Shown here piece by piece: positions 49,636-62,972 of a stretch of DNA of 64,000 nt. The stretch's first letter is position 1; each line of letters opens with the position of its first letter. The position numbers and the translations under genes are program-made. The notes beneath the pieces were generated by a model, which was given only the letters and a program-made list of their open reading frames with translations, was not told the origin of the DNA and did no database searches. Source of the DNA: Lama guanicoe (lineage: Eukaryota); assembly GCA_013239625.1 (NCBI GenBank), contig MU053448.1, positions 372,001 through 436,000 on the forward strand, written 5' to 3'.

Positions 49636-51627
49636 GTACGTATGGCTGGTTCCTGTAACCAACACGCTCTCCTTTTGTGTTGCCGTATCCGAAGGGGTGG
49701 CACAGAAAAGTGTGCGAGGTGTTTTCCAGCTGCTTGGACACGTAGGGCCAGGATGGAGAGACTGCCAGGATGGATCAGCCCCCCGGCGACATGATGGGAG
49801 TCCTGCCCTCAGTACCGAGGGTGACTTCACTCGGCCTTTGTGCCCCTCCCCCCAGCTTTGGCTACACCGGTTTTAGCCACATCTGCCGCACCACCACGGT
49901 GGAGTCCTCTAAAGCGAACCCCACATTCCTCCTTCTTCATTCACGGCTTGAGCACATCTCTATCAGAGGAGGTCCCCTCTCCTTAAGCCATACTGTCATT
50001 TTCACAGCTACAAAAATCAGCAGTTTCTTAATATCTTATTTTGTGGAAACTTTCGATTATTGTAAGGAACCAGAAATAAAACAAAAGGGTTGTTCTAAAT
50101 GCAAGGCTGTGAAAATAGAATTCCAGTGGCTGCCTCAGAATCACAGGGACCCTTTCATACGTTGCTGTGAGTGGAGCCTGTTGAAGAAGACACTGGCCTC
50201 AGGCTGAAATCGAAGGTGCAGCCCCACCTCCAGTGGGGCAGAGCCATGAGCAGGGGGTGAGCAGCAGCAGAGTCGAGAGGGGACTGTGGAGTGAAGACGG
50301 GCGTCCACCAGGAAGGATTCCAAACTGTGAAAAGAGCAGAGTCACGTGTCCTGGGAGTTAGCATTCAGCAGACCTTATATGCCAAACCTGACTATGTAGG
50401 GGATTCAGACAGATGTGGTAAAAAGAGAGTGGAAAAGGAGGAGTGATAAGCACAGAACTTAGAATATTGTGACTCTCAGGTTGGCAGTGGGGTGGGATCA
50501 GCATAGGGTGCACAGGACTTGAAAGGCTTGAGGTGCAGGATGGAGGCATGAGTCTCCTCACTTCCCTTATGTTGTTTATCATTTAGGATGCATAAAATAT
50601 TTTGTAATAGAATAGTATCCAGTTGAGGTTAAGTACTCAGTTGAATATCTTGTCCTTTGCTCGAGGAGTTGAGGAAAGGAAAGGCGATCAGTGCCAGTGG
50701 TGTGCGTTGCAGAGAAACTTTGGGGCGGTTGAAACTTGAGCTGAACGGAAGAAAGGGAGATGGTTTTGGAGTAGAGTCACGTGTCTCCCCTCTGCTTGTG
50801 CCCCCGCCTGTTTGCATTTATTTTGCAGGAAAATGGGTCACAGACAGTAAAGTGTGTCTTTGGAAAGGCTGGAGGAGATGTTTCCAGTCACAAAAGGCAT
50901 ATTCCAAGTTATAAGCATAGGATGCTTTACTAATTTTGAAAGTGAGGAATCAACTAGTGAGATGTTTCTACCCAATTAATCCTTACTTTTCATTTGTAAA
51001 GTCTAGATTGCAGTGTGATTAGCAAACCTTGCTCCATCATTCCTTCTTCATTTAACAAATATGTGTGAATTTCAACCATCTGTACAAGGTTTACAGGTTT
51101 ATCAGTTTTCCGTGTACAGTTTGGTAGGCTTCTCAGATGCATGCAGTCAGGAACCACCATAACCGAGATACAGAGTGTTTCCATTACACACACCACCAAC
51201 CCCCCCAGCCCAGCTTTATTTGGACCCTTTTGCTGCCAACCCCTGCTCCCTACATCCAGCTCCTGGTGACCCCTGACCTGCCCTCTACCCCTTGGGGGCA
51301 TTCTGTTTCTGGCTCTGTCACTTGGCAGAATTCCCGAACTTCATCTTTCCCCGCTGCTGAGCACTGTCTGTGGGTAGGCCACCGTTCAGACCACCGTGAC
51401 CAGTGCTGCTGTGGACGTGCCACCTGCATCTGTGGCAGACACTGTTGTGATATTTCTGCTGGATGCCACGTTTGGCACTGGGTGCCCTCTTAATGCGGAG
51501 GTGTTAGGTGTTTGAATTCTATATTCTTTAATTATTTCATAAGACACCTGAAAGGTGACACTGTCGTGATGCTCTGAGAGTTTATTCCTGGGAGTGTCAC
51601 TAATAGGAAAGGCTTTTCTCTCCACAG

Positions 51628-51785
51628 GCCTCTTGAGGAGCCCAAGGTGATCTCCGCTTTCTCGGGGAAGCAGGCGGGGAAGCACGTGGTGCACATTGCG
51701 TGTGGAAGCACGTACAGCGCGGCCATCACTGCCGAGGGGGAGCTGTACACCTGGGGCCGGGGGAACTACGGCCGGCTGGGCCACG
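51628..51785 (+). CDS. HERC2: HERC2 exon 13 (158 nt), [55 protein letters not shown]1 repeat
   Basis: tccacag| acceptor, ACG|GTATGT donor, phase 2 to 1. Followed by an 89-nt intron. Confidence 0.96.
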
Positions 51786-51874
51786 GTATGTCTGCTCGGA
51801 GCCCGCGCGGGTGTGCAGCGTGAGGCTGTCTCTCTTAAGGGACTTGTAGTAATGTTAGTCCTCACTTCTTGAAG

Positions 51875-51988
51875 GCTCCAGTGAAGACGAGGCCATCCCG
51901 ATGCTGGTAGCTGGGCTCAAAGGACTGAAGGTCATCGACGTGGCATGTGGGAGTGGGGATGCTCAAACCCTGGCCGTGACGGAGAACG
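51875..51988 (+). CDS. HERC2: HERC2 exon 14 (114 nt), GSSEDEAIPMLVAGLKGLKVIDVACGSGDAQTLAVTEN
   Basis: cttcttgaag| acceptor, ACG|GTACGT donor, phase 1 to 1. Confidence 0.96.
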
Positions 51989-52684
51989 GTACGTGGGGCT
52001 TGTGCTGGCCTAGGCAGGCTCTCTGGCGGAGCAGGGCCGCTTTCACAGAGTGGGAGAGCGTCGGAGTCTTTACATGGGCCTTGCTGAGTGTCCTCAGCAG
52101 AGGGACAGGACTTGCAGGACGTGTGACTTTCATTGCCCAGGGCCAGAGGGCTGCCATCCTTCCTACTTGGGTGTTTTATTTGTTAACAGAAAATGAAAGT
52201 TAAAATGGAATAATTGACATTCTAAATCATTCCTGGTTATTACGATTCCATTCCTTAACGTTCAGCCACCCTCGATTGATTCCCCGTGGTACATCCTGCT
52301 CAGTCTTTGTGTGTTCTGCAGAGTGATGCTGTATTGTCTGCAGTTTTTAATTTCAGTTTTATTTTTGTGTTCATAGTGAGATTGTACTCACTGAACACTT
52401 TTTAAGGGCGTATTTATCAGTTTTTATGATTAGAATCCTGTTAATTTTTTAAACTGTATTTTTCCATCAGTATTATAGGGAGTCTGTCCTTAGAATTATG
52501 GAATCTGTCAGGATCAACCTGGAAACTCTGAGACTTGCTCTGCCACAGAGAGCAATTTTATTTTGTCCTTTTATGTAACCTTTAATTAAATGACACTAAC
52601 CAGTGTTGTTGGGAATAAATACAATCACGCGGGTGACTCGAGGTAAGCATGGGAAGAACGGCGTGCAGGTGGACCCTAGAGTGC

Positions 52685-52720
52685 TGTGCCGTGTGCCGTG
52701 TGCCGTGTGCCGCGTGCCGC
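52685..52720 (+). repeat. (GTGTGCC)n heptamer tandem repeat, ~5 copies
   Basis: tgtgcc gtgtgcc gtgtgcc gtgtgcc gcgtgcc gc. Confidence 0.85.
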
Positions 52721-53063
52721 GGGCCCAGCGACGGTGCTTTCTGGAGGCCTTGGAGCTTATGATCTCTGTTCAGCACTTAGCTGAAGCAGCAGCATTGAGC
52801 CCAGGCTAATAAGGGTTAGGATTTTATTATGCATTTTGTTAAAACAAAAAGGAGAAGCTTTCCATTTCTTAATTGCTTTTATATCAACCTGAATTAAAAA
52901 CTACATTTCATTTGGTCAGTAACCACCTGTGTAGGTAATGTCAACTGTATACATTCGTGGTCTAGGTTTTTGTGTGTTATAGGTGATACTGATTCTTTTT
53001 AGCCATTTACAAGTTCTGTTAAGATGTGCAGTCATGTTTACTCAAATACTTTGTGCTTTTTAG

Positions 53064-53315
53064 GTCAAGTGTGGTCTTGGGGAGATGGTGACTATGGGAA
53101 ATTGGGTAGAGGTGGTAGTGATGGCTGCAAAACACCAAAGCTGATTGAAAAGCTTCAAGACTTGGATGTTGTCAAAGTCCGATGTGGAAGTCAGTTTTCT
53201 ATTGCTTTGACGAAAGATGGCCAAGTTTACTCATGGGGCAAAGGGGACAACCAGAGACTCGGGCATGGAACAGAGGAGCATGTTCGTTACCCCAAGCTCT
53301 TGGAAGGCTTGCAAG
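53064..53315 (+). CDS. HERC2: HERC2 exon 15 (252 nt), [18 protein letters not shown]...[12 protein letters not shown]1 repeats
   Basis: ctttttag| acceptor, AAG|GTGAGT donor, within ORF 53024..53410. Confidence 0.97.
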
Positions 53316-53636
53316 GTGAGTACACATGTAAACTTTTAAGACCATTTGAGACAGTTTTCTTTAGTAGTCTTTCAAAGTTTGCAGATATTTCTTTACCTCA
53401 CGTTCCATGAATGACCCATCATTAGAAGCTTCTGCCCACATTTTGATAGTATCTATCAATACAGATAATAAGTGGAAAGTGACTTAGAATTATTCTCACT
53501 AAATTTAATTTGAAACACATTGAATTTTACTAATATTGGCGAGTTCTTTATGTGGCAAGCCACCACTCATTACTCATTAAGATCTCAGTGAGATTAACTT
53601 CTGTTTGGTGAGGTCACCTGTAATTATGCTATAGAC

Positions 53637-53730
53637 TTTTTTTGTTTTTTTTTTTGGTTGAAGATACTGGGGATTGAACCCGGGACCTTGTGCATGCCAA
53701 ACATGTGCTCTACCCCTGAGCTATACCCGC
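53637..53730 (-). mobile_element. Short tRNA-Ala SINE/retrocopy, copy 7
   Basis: Poly-T then ggttgaagatactggggattgaacccgggaccttgtgcatgccaaacatgtgctctacccctgagctatacc. Flanking tatagac repeat; no tail domain. Confidence 0.82.
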
Positions 53731-54004
53731 TTCTTATAGACCTGCTAAGACTGTGGATATGCAGGGTGTTATGGGAGTACAGAGGGAGATAAGGTTGGGT
53801 CCGCCTAGAGTGGTCTCATTTGGACTTATCCTTGATGGATGAATCCTCTTGTTTGGTTTCAAGGGTGTGCAGCATGCATTCTCCATAGAGGAGATGCATG
53901 GGAGCCAAGCTGTGTAGGTGTGCTTTGCAGGTGCCTTCTGATGTGTGGAGAGGTTGGTGATAAGTGTATCAGATGGGCCCTGTTGGTGTGTTCTCTCTGC
54001 ACTG

Positions 54005-54225
54005 CAGGGGGTGGGCAGCATTTTTTTCTATAGGGCCGGGCTCTGAGTATTCTTAGATTTGAGGGCCTTAAACTGCCCATCCTGACTACTCAGTTCTGCT
54101 GTTGTAGCCCCAAAGCAGCCACAGACAATATGAAACCAATGGGCCTATGTTCTAATACATCTCTATTCACAGAAACAGGCCATGGGATGCATTTGGCACA
54201 AAGAATGATGTTTGTTGGATCGCTG
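54005..54225 (+). mobile_element. MER58A-like hAT-Charlie DNA transposon
   Basis: cagggggtgggcagc...actactcagttctgctgttgtagccccaaagcagccacagacaatatg...cagaaacaggc. Confidence 0.78.
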
Positions 54226-54859
54226 AGCCTGGATTCTCTTTTTGTTTTTGCTTTTTTGTCAGGGGAGTTTGGAAGTGAGAAACTTTTAAGTGGGACTTGC
54301 CAGTTTTTTTCCCTTCATTTTCATTTCAAAGCACATTATTTGATGTTTAGATGTTTTGTGTGCTTGTATGGTGTTTCTTATTTTCTAAGCTGCTGAGACA
54401 AGTTCTAGAGTAATACAGTTGGTTGTATGTTAGGGAGCTGTATATGAACTTCATTTGCCTTCTTGTTTATAGTCCCTTCAGTTAGTAAAGGAACTCAGCT
54501 TCCTCAGCTACATGAATTAGGTGGAGATAGCTTACTGTGAGAGTATTTAAGTGATTGTTGAGATCATCATTTTGGTGGTGGTTCTTAACTTATATAGGCT
54601 CTTAGGATAGAGTTGTGCCTTTTACTATAGTAAAGTTTTTGCAGCTGAATTATTTTATATGTTGACATGTCTGAAAACACCCCTTGTGTTGGTTATGTTA
54701 GATATACTAATGAGCAAAAATGTAATACTTTGCTAACACTATTTAAATAGAAAATTTTTTTTATTTAGTTCATGTGACTTTGGAGAAAAGTAGATTTTGT
54801 TTTAGAAAACTTTCTCAATGAAGAGAATCCTTTGATGTTCACCAAGATAGGCCACATGA

Positions 54860-57290
54860 TCTGATTAAAAAATGGGCAGAGGATCTGAATAGTCCTTTTT
54901 CCAAAGACATACAGATAGCGAATGTAAAAAGATCTTCAGCATCGCTAGTCATTAGTAAAATACATACCAAAACATATATGAGATAACACTTCATACCTCT
55001 TAGAATGTCTGTTATCAAAAAGACAAGAAATAATAAGAGTTGGTAAGGATATGGAGAAAAGGGAACCTGTGTGCACTTTGGTGGGAATGTAAATTGGCGG
55101 AGCCACTCTGGAAAACAGCATGGAGGTTCCACAAAAAAATAAAAATAGAACTACCACGTGATCCAGAGATTACATTTCTGGGTATCTAAAACACTAACTG
55201 GAAAAAATATATGTATCCTACAAGTTCATTCACAATAACCAAGAGACGGAAACAACCATTGTGTCAATGGACACTTTAGTGTATAAAGAAAATATATATA
55301 TTTAGTTATTTAGACATGTATGAGAGGCTGGTTCAACATTAAAAAAAATCAGTTAATGTAATCCATGAAATCAACAGACGGAAGAAGAAAAATCACATAA
55401 TCATATTAATAGATACAGAAAAAAATTTTTTTTGACAAAACCTAACACCTATTCATGATTAAAAACTCTCAGTAAACTAGGAATAGAGGAAATTTTTTCT
55501 CAATTTGAATATGTACAAAAAAAATCTACAAAAATCCTACAGCAAACATGATTTTTAATGGTGGGAAACTCAATGCCTTACCACTAAGATCGGGTATAAG
55601 GAAAGGATTTCTCATCTCATGAGTCCTTTTCCAAGTTATACTGAAAATCCTAACTAATGCAATAAAATAAGAAAAGGAAATAAAAGGTATACAGATTTAG
55701 AAGGAAGAAATAAACTGTCTTTGTTCACAGATGACATGATTGTCTATGTATAACCTGAAAGAATTGACCAAAAATCTAGTAAGTGATTATAGCAAGGTTG
55801 CAGGATACAAGGTTAATGTGCCAAAGTTAATTGCTTTCTTATATACAAGCAACAAACAAGTGACATTTGAAATTAAATGCATGATACCATTTGCATTAGC
55901 ATCCAAAGTATGAAATACACAGGTATAAATCTAACAAAATATAAGATCTATATGAGGAAAACTACAAAACTGATGAATGAAATCAAAGAACTATATAAAT
56001 GGAAAGATATTCTATGTTCATGGACAGGAAGACTGAATATTGTCAAGATTTCACTTCTTTCCAACTCAATCTGTAGATTCAGTGCAAACCCAGCAAGTTA
56101 TTTTATGGGTACCAACATTTGACTCTAAAGTTTGTGTGAAGAGGCAAAGGACCCAGAATAGCCAACACAATAATAAAGGAGAAGAATGAGTTGAAAGACT
56201 GAGACTGCCCAACTTAAAGATAAATGCTGGAGAGAGTGTGGAGAAAAGGGAAACCTCCTACACTGCTGGTGGGAATGCAAACAGTTTGGAGAGTCCTTAG
56301 AAGACTAAACATGGACTTAGCATATGACCCAGCAATCCCACTCCTGGGCATATATCCAGAGGGAACCTTAATTCAAAGACACATGGACCCCAGTGTTCAT
56401 AGCAGCACTGTTTACAGTAGCTAAGACATGGAAACAACCTAAATGTCCATCAGCAGATGACTGGATAAAGAAGTTGTGATATATTTATACAATGAAATAC
56501 TGCTTAGTGATAAAAAAAGAATAAAATACCATTTGCAGTAACATGGATGGACCTGAAGAATGTCATTCTAAGTGAAGTGAGCCAGAAAGAGGAAGAAGAA
56601 TACTAAGATCACTTACAGGTAGAATCTAAAAAAAAAAAAACCAAAAAACAAAAAAACAAACTTATTTACAGAACAGAAACAGACTCACAGACAGAGAAAA
56701 CAAACATGGTTACCAGTCGGGGAAGGGAGTGGGAAGGGATAAATTGGGAGTTCTAGATTTGCAGATACTAACTAATATACGTGAAATAGATAAACACCAA
56801 GTTTATACTGTACAGCACAGGGAAATATGTTCAATATCTTGTAGTAACTTATGAAGAAGAATATGAAAACAAATATATGTATGTTCCTATATGACTGAAG
56901 TATTGTGATGTACGCCAGAAATTGACACAACATTGTAAACTGACTACAATAAAAATATATATTAAAAAAAATACAAAGCTACAGTGATCAAGACAGTATG
57001 TTATTGGCTAAAATATAGACAAACAGATGATTGGAATAGGAGAGAGGTCAGAAATAGACCCACATAAATACAGTTAACTGATCTTTGACAGAGAAGTAAG
57101 GCTGTACAGTGGAGTAAAGATTGGTCATTTCAGCAAGTGATGTTGGAACAGCTGAACATCTGTGTGTAAAAAAGTGAACAGCTGATAGTGGCAGGAAGCT
57201 AAGCATGTGTTGGGGTAGGGAGTATATGGGGAATCTCTGTGCCTTCTCAGTTTTGCTGTAAGCCTAAAACTGCTCTAAAATGTTGAAGTT
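54860..57290 (+). mobile_element. Sense-oriented L1 ORF2 fragments with a nested younger L1 3' end (~56221-56971)
   Basis: RT-region text (tttgttcacagatgacatgattgtctatgta = FTDDMIVY). ORF 55877 KWKDILCSWTGRLNIVK. Host text gcccaacttaaaga|...|tacaaagctacagtgatcaagacag resumes after the nested poly(A). Confidence 0.85.
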
Positions 57291-57598
57291 TTTTGAAAAA
57301 AGAGTGTATTTTGCATGATTATACATTGAGACAGGAGAATACGAATAGTTAATTGAACATAAACTTATCTTTTTCTGAATAAAAATCTGAATAATGAACA
57401 GACCTTTTCATACCCTAGCACTGTTCTGTTTGCGGGCTGTGGGTCTCAATACATTGTAGCTAGTAAAACACAGCAGGGGTTTTAGTAACCCCAAGTTGAC
57501 GTTGAATGCCTTCTGACCCGAGTGGCCTAGAGTGAATGTTTCTATTGCACCAGAAGTCACAGCCGTGAAGCTGTATTTGCATCTCTCTGTCCTCCCAG

Positions 57599-57792
57599 GG
57601 AAGAAAGTGATTGACGTGGCTGCAGGCTCCACCCACTGCCTGGCCCTGACTGAGGACAGTGAGGTCCACAGCTGGGGGAGCAACGACCAGTGCCAGCACT
57701 TTGACACCTTGCGTGTGACCAAGCCAGAACCCACTGCGCTGCCAGGGCTGGATACCAAGCACATAGTCGGGATTGCCTGCGGACCTGCCCAG
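57599..57792 (+). CDS. HERC2: HERC2 exon 16 (194 nt), GKKVIDVAAGSTHCLALTEDSEVHSWGSNDQ...IACGPAQ; end of RLD1
   Basis: cctcccag| acceptor, CAG|GTACTG donor, phase 1 to 0. Confidence 0.96.
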
Positions 57793-57809
57793 GTACTGAG
57801 CAGACAGCT

Positions 57810-60800
57810 TGGTTTGGTATTTTGTAGAGTTTTGGTTTCTCATCGTCATTCATTGCTAGTGTGTAGAAATACCATTAACTTGTGTGTGTGTTCCTTGTAT
57901 CCTGTAGTGGTACTAACCTCACTTATTAGTTCGAAGAGCTTCATTATGATTCCTTGGGATTTTCTTCAGAAACAGTTCTGCTGTCTGTATATAGAGACAG
58001 TTTCATTTCTTATTTTCCAATATGTATGTGTTTTATTTCTTTCCCTTGCCTTATTACACTGGCTAGGGCTTCAGTATGATAGTGAGAGTGGGGAGAGGGT
58101 GCATCCTTGCCTTGTTTTTTTATTTTTTTAAATTAACACTCACATTTTATTTTTATTTTATTTAAATTTTGTTGGGGGGGAGGTTATTAGGTTTATCTAT
58201 TTTATTTTTTAATGGAGGTACTGGGGATTGAACCCATGACCTCGTGCATGCTAAGCATGCACTCTTGCCACTGAGCTATACCCTCCCGCCTCTTGCCTTG
58301 TTCTTGATCCTGGGCAGAAAGCATTCATCTTTCGTCATTAACTATGATGTTAACTATCGGTTTGTTTGTTTGTTTTTGGTAGATGCCTTATTAAATTAAG
58401 GAAGTTTCCGTTAACTCCTACTTTTTAGAGGGTTTTTTTTTTTTTAATCCTGAATGACTTCAAACTTGGTCAAATGCTTTTTCTTCTCTAATGGTATGAT
58501 TGTTTTTCTTCTTTAGTCTGTTTATATAGTGGAATAATACAATGATTGGTTTTCACATATTGACCAAACCTTGTTTTACTGCGATAACCCCCACTTGGTC
58601 ATGGTGTATTATTCTTTTTATACATTACTGGATTTATTTGCTAATACACTGGTGAAGATTTTTCTGTCATTGCTCTTCAGAGATATTAGTTTGTGGGTTT
58701 TTAAATACTGCCCTGTCTGACTTTTTTTATCAGGGTAAAACTGGCCTCATAAAAAGTTTTGGGAAGTTGTTTCTTCCTCTTCTGTTTTCTAGAAGGGGTT
58801 GTATAGAATTAGTGTCATTTCTTCCATAAATGTTCTTCTGTGAATCCACTTGAGCCTGGAGATTCTCAAAAGACTTTTAACCACAAATTCAGTTTCTTTA
58901 ATATAGAATCATTCAGAGTATTTCTTCTTGGGGTGAGGGGGTGTCCTGATACGTGGCACTCAAGAAATTATTCCATTTCTTCTAAGTTGTCTAATTTTTA
59001 TGTATGAAGTTTTCCTTATTGGTGCTCTCTTGCTGACTTTTTGAAGTCTTTGTGTCTGCAGTGATACCCTTCCTCTCATTCCTGAAATTGGTAATTTATG
59101 TCTTTTTTTCTTTCCCAGTTTTACTAGAGGTTTGTTGATCTCTTCAGAGAACTAGCTTTTAGTTCCATTAATTTTCCCCTTGTTCTTTTGCTTTCAATTT
59201 CACATGTTTCTCTTGTCTGTTTTTTTTTTCCCCTCCCCTTCAACTTGCTTTGGGTTCACTTTATTCTTTTCTTAGTTTCTTCAGGGGGAAGCTTCGGTTG
59301 TTGATTTTAGACATTTCTTCTTTTGTAATATATAAGCACTTGATGCTATCAATTTTTCTCTAATGAATGCTTTAATTGCACCCACAAATCTCGATGTGTT
59401 TTCATTTTTGTTCAGTTCAAAATATTTTCTAATTTCTCTTGACAATTACTCTTTGACTTACGTATTGTTAAGTGTTTAATTTGAAAGTGTTTGGAGATCA
59501 TTCTGTTACATTTCTGTTACTGATTTCTAGTTTAATTTCATTGTGGTTAGAGAATGAACTGTATATGGTTTCAGTTCTCATAGATTTGATAAATATGTTT
59601 TATGTCTCGTGATGCGTTTGTTCTCAGTGTTCTGTGTGTGTGCTTAAAAAGAGTATGTATTTTGCTGTTGATATATTTTGCCATTGTTGAGTGATGTATG
59701 CTATGAATGTTACTTAGATCTAGTTCACTGATGGTATTATTCAGTTGTTCTAGATCCTTGCTGATTTTCTGTCTGCTGGTTCTATCTTTGTACTGAAATT
59801 GCTGGATCATTGTGTTTTAATCTTTAACGTTTAAATCTTTGAGGGACCGCCTTAACTGTTTTTTTCCTTAATAACTGCTTGATTTTTACATTTTCACCAG
59901 ATAAGGACAAGGGTTTCAGATTCTCCACATTCTTGTCAACATTGGTTATTCCCCCTCCACTTTTTTTTAAAGCCATACAACTGAGTGTGAAGTGGTATCA
60001 CATTGTGGTTTTGATTTGCTCTTCTGTAATGGAAAGATGATGAACATCTTTTAATGTGCTTATTGACCATTTGTATTTCTTCTTTGGAGAAATATATTCA
60101 AGTCCTTTGCCCATTTTTGAATTAGTTTTTTTTTTTAAATCAGGTATATGATTTACAAATGTTTTCCCCCATTCTCTGGTCTTCTTTTCATTCTGTTCAT
60201 TGTATTCTTTGATGCACAAAAGTTTCCATTTTTCTTCTGTTATCTCTGCTTTTGGTGTTATTCATATTCACGTAATCCATCATCATGTAGTAGATTTCCC
60301 ACAGTCTTGTCTTCTAATAGCTTTATAGTTTTAGCTCTTAGGTTTAGGTCTTTGATCCATTTTGAATTAATTGTCATATATGTTATAAGGTAAGGGTCCA
60401 ACTTGATTCTTCTGCCGTTTTTCCAGCACTGTTTATAGAAAGGTTGTTCTTTTCCTATTGGATGGTTTTGGCACTTGTTGAAAATCATTTGACCATAAAG
60501 ACAAGTGTTTATTTCTGGGCTATCTGTTCTATTTCATTGGTCTATAAGTTTGTCTTTATACCAGTACCATACTGTTTTGATTTCTGTAGCTTTGTAGTAT
60601 GTTTTGAAGTAAGAATTGTGAGTCTTCCAACCTTGTTCTTCCTTTCCAAGATTACTTTGATTATTTGAGGGTATTTTGAGTTTCCATATGAATTTTAGGA
60701 TGGGTCTGTCAATTTTTTGTTTTATGTATTTTGAAGCTCTTTCGTTAAGAGCATTCACATTTTGGACCCTCCAGTTGTTATTCAGTGTCCCCCTTTATCC

Positions 60801-62480
60801 TTGTTTTTCCTTGCTCTGAATCTCTTTTGTCTGATTTTAATGCAGGTACTTGTTTTATTTTCATTTAATTAGTGCTTGCATGCTATAACTTTTCCATCCT
60901 TTTACTTGAAAAAATTGTTAAGAATTCTATTATCTTGTCCTTTGGACTTTTTGTTAAAATTTAGGATAATCTTGTCTACATTTGCAAAAATATCTTGCGT
61001 GGACTTTGATATGAATTATGTTCAGTCTGTTATCGGTTTGTGGAGAATTGACATTTTTGCTATATCAAGTCTTCTAATCCATGAAAATGGTTTGTCTAAA
61101 CATTTATTTGCATCTTCTTTGATTTCATTTATCAGTGTTTTCATCATACAAGTCTTGTCCATGTTTTGTTAAATTTATGTCTTTAATTTTTATCTTGCCT
61201 GTCTCGTGTATAATGAGTTTTTTGGATGTTATGTATAGTAGCATCTTTATTTTTTTTTAAAATCCTTGTCAAATCTGTGTTTTAATTGGTATATTTAGGT
61301 CATCACACTTACTGTAATTATTAACATGTATAGATTTAGGTCTTCCATTTTAGTGTTTGGCTTTTGTCTGTTTTCTGTTGTTTGTTTTTCTGTTTTCTTT
61401 CTCTTGTGTTTTTGGAGGATATATGAACTTTTTTTTTTAGTATTCCATTCAACTTTATGTATTTGCTGTAGGAGTTATCATATACTCCCAAACTCTTTGC
61501 AGTCTATTTAGAATCATACTGAATTTATTGAAGTAGAGTTGATTTACACTGTTTCAGGTGTATAGCAAAATGATTCAGTTACACATATATATGTTTATTT
61601 TTTTTCAGATTCTTTCCCATTATAGGTTATTACAAGATCCTGAATAAAGTTCCCTGTGCTGTACAGTAGGTCCTTGTTAGAATCAATATTTTACTACTTG
61701 GAATATTGGAATATAGAAACCTGTTGTTTAATTTCCAGGTGCTTGGAGATATTTCCAGTTTTTTACATTTACTTTTGTTTTTATTGATTTCTAGTTTCTG
61801 TTACTGGTTTCTAACTTAATTTTATTATGTTCTGAGAACATTACATGACTTCAAGTATTTTAAATAGTGAAGAATTATTTTATGACTCAGAATATGGTTT
61901 ATCATGGTGAATGTTCTTGCAGCCTTGAAAATAATGTGTATTCTGCTGTTTGGGTGAAGTGTTCTGTAAATGTCAACTTGATCTTGTTCATTGAGGGTTT
62001 TGTTCATTTCTTTTAAATCTTCATTTTTGTCTACTATTCTGTTATTAGGAGGGTAGTTTTGATATTTTCAACTATGTTTGTAGATTTATCTGTTTCTCTT
62101 TTATTTCTATCATGTTTTACTTCCACGTGTTTCGTAGTTCTGTTGTTAGGGGCATTGATTATTCTGCTTTCTTTGTGAATTGACACTTTTATGATGTCCC
62201 TTTTTAGCTCTGGTAATTTCCTTCTTCCGAAGTCTACTTTGTCCAATATTAATATATCCACTTTCCATCCTTTACTAAGCCTTTTTTTTATGTTTATATT
62301 TAAGGTGGATTTCTTGTAGATAGTATATAATTAGGTTCTGTTTTTCTTGCTTTCTAGTGACCTCTGTCTTTGTTATGTTTAGGCCCATTTAAATGTAACG
62401 TCTACCGTTGTGTTTTGCTTGCTCTCTTCTTTTTGTTCCTTTATTGTTTCCTGACTTTGGGTTTATTTGGATAGTTTTTA
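57810..62480 (-). mobile_element. Cluster of antisense L1M ORF2 fragments (intron 16)
   Basis: Minus-strand ORFs with L1 peptides (KLDPYLITYMTINSKWIKDLNLRAKTIKLLE; ILKFIWK...YYKATEIKTVWYWYK; VDIYRTLHPN). Confidence 0.85.
58117..58291 (-). mobile_element. tRNA-Ala SINE (vic-1 type), copy 8, nested in L1
   Basis: TSD cttgccttgtt at 58106-58116 and 58292-58302. Head nearly identical to tRNA-Ala(AGC). Confidence 0.92.
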
Positions 62481-62771
62481 GTATTCCATTTTAACTTACT
62501 GAATTGTTTAATTTTGATAGTGAAAAGATTTTTAAATAACTTTTTACCTATTGGTGGCAAAACGAGATGGGGTAGTGAAATAAGAGAGAAAATCAAAAGC
62601 GGTTAGTATGTGAGTTAGATCACTGTGAAAGTGCTTGTGCATTTGGGACAATTAGAGGTGAATAAGTAGTAATTTAAGGCATCTTTGTCCTTCATAACGG
62701 TGACTCTCTCGTGGAACAGACTGATAGCTGAATGTGTAGATTCATTTTAGGTTTTTATGTTTCTCCCGTAG

Positions 62772-62972
62772 AGTTTTGCTTGGTCATCTTGTTCTGAGTG
62801 GTCCATTGGCCTCCGTGTGCCTTTCGTGGTGGACATATGCTCGATGACTTTTGAGCAGTTGGACCTCCTGCTACGGCAAGTGAGTGAGGGGATGGATGGC
62901 ACTGCCGACTGGCCCCCACCCCAAGAGAAAGAGTGTATGGCTGTGGCAACGCTGAATCTTCTACGACTTCAG
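62772..62972 (+). CDS. HERC2: HERC2 exon 17 (201 nt), SFAWSSCSEWSIGLRVPFVVDIC...ATLNLLRLQ; gene continues beyond window
   Basis: ctcccgtag| acceptor, CAG|GTATTA donor, phase 0 to 0. Cumulative CDS 2520 nt. Confidence 0.96.

Noticed and set aside
58213..58288. Apparent tRNA-Ala(AGC) gene (and similar heads in the other seven copies)
   Set aside because: Has a SINE tail, TSD, acceptor-stem mismatch and T-stem substitution; a retroposed SINE, not a tRNA gene.
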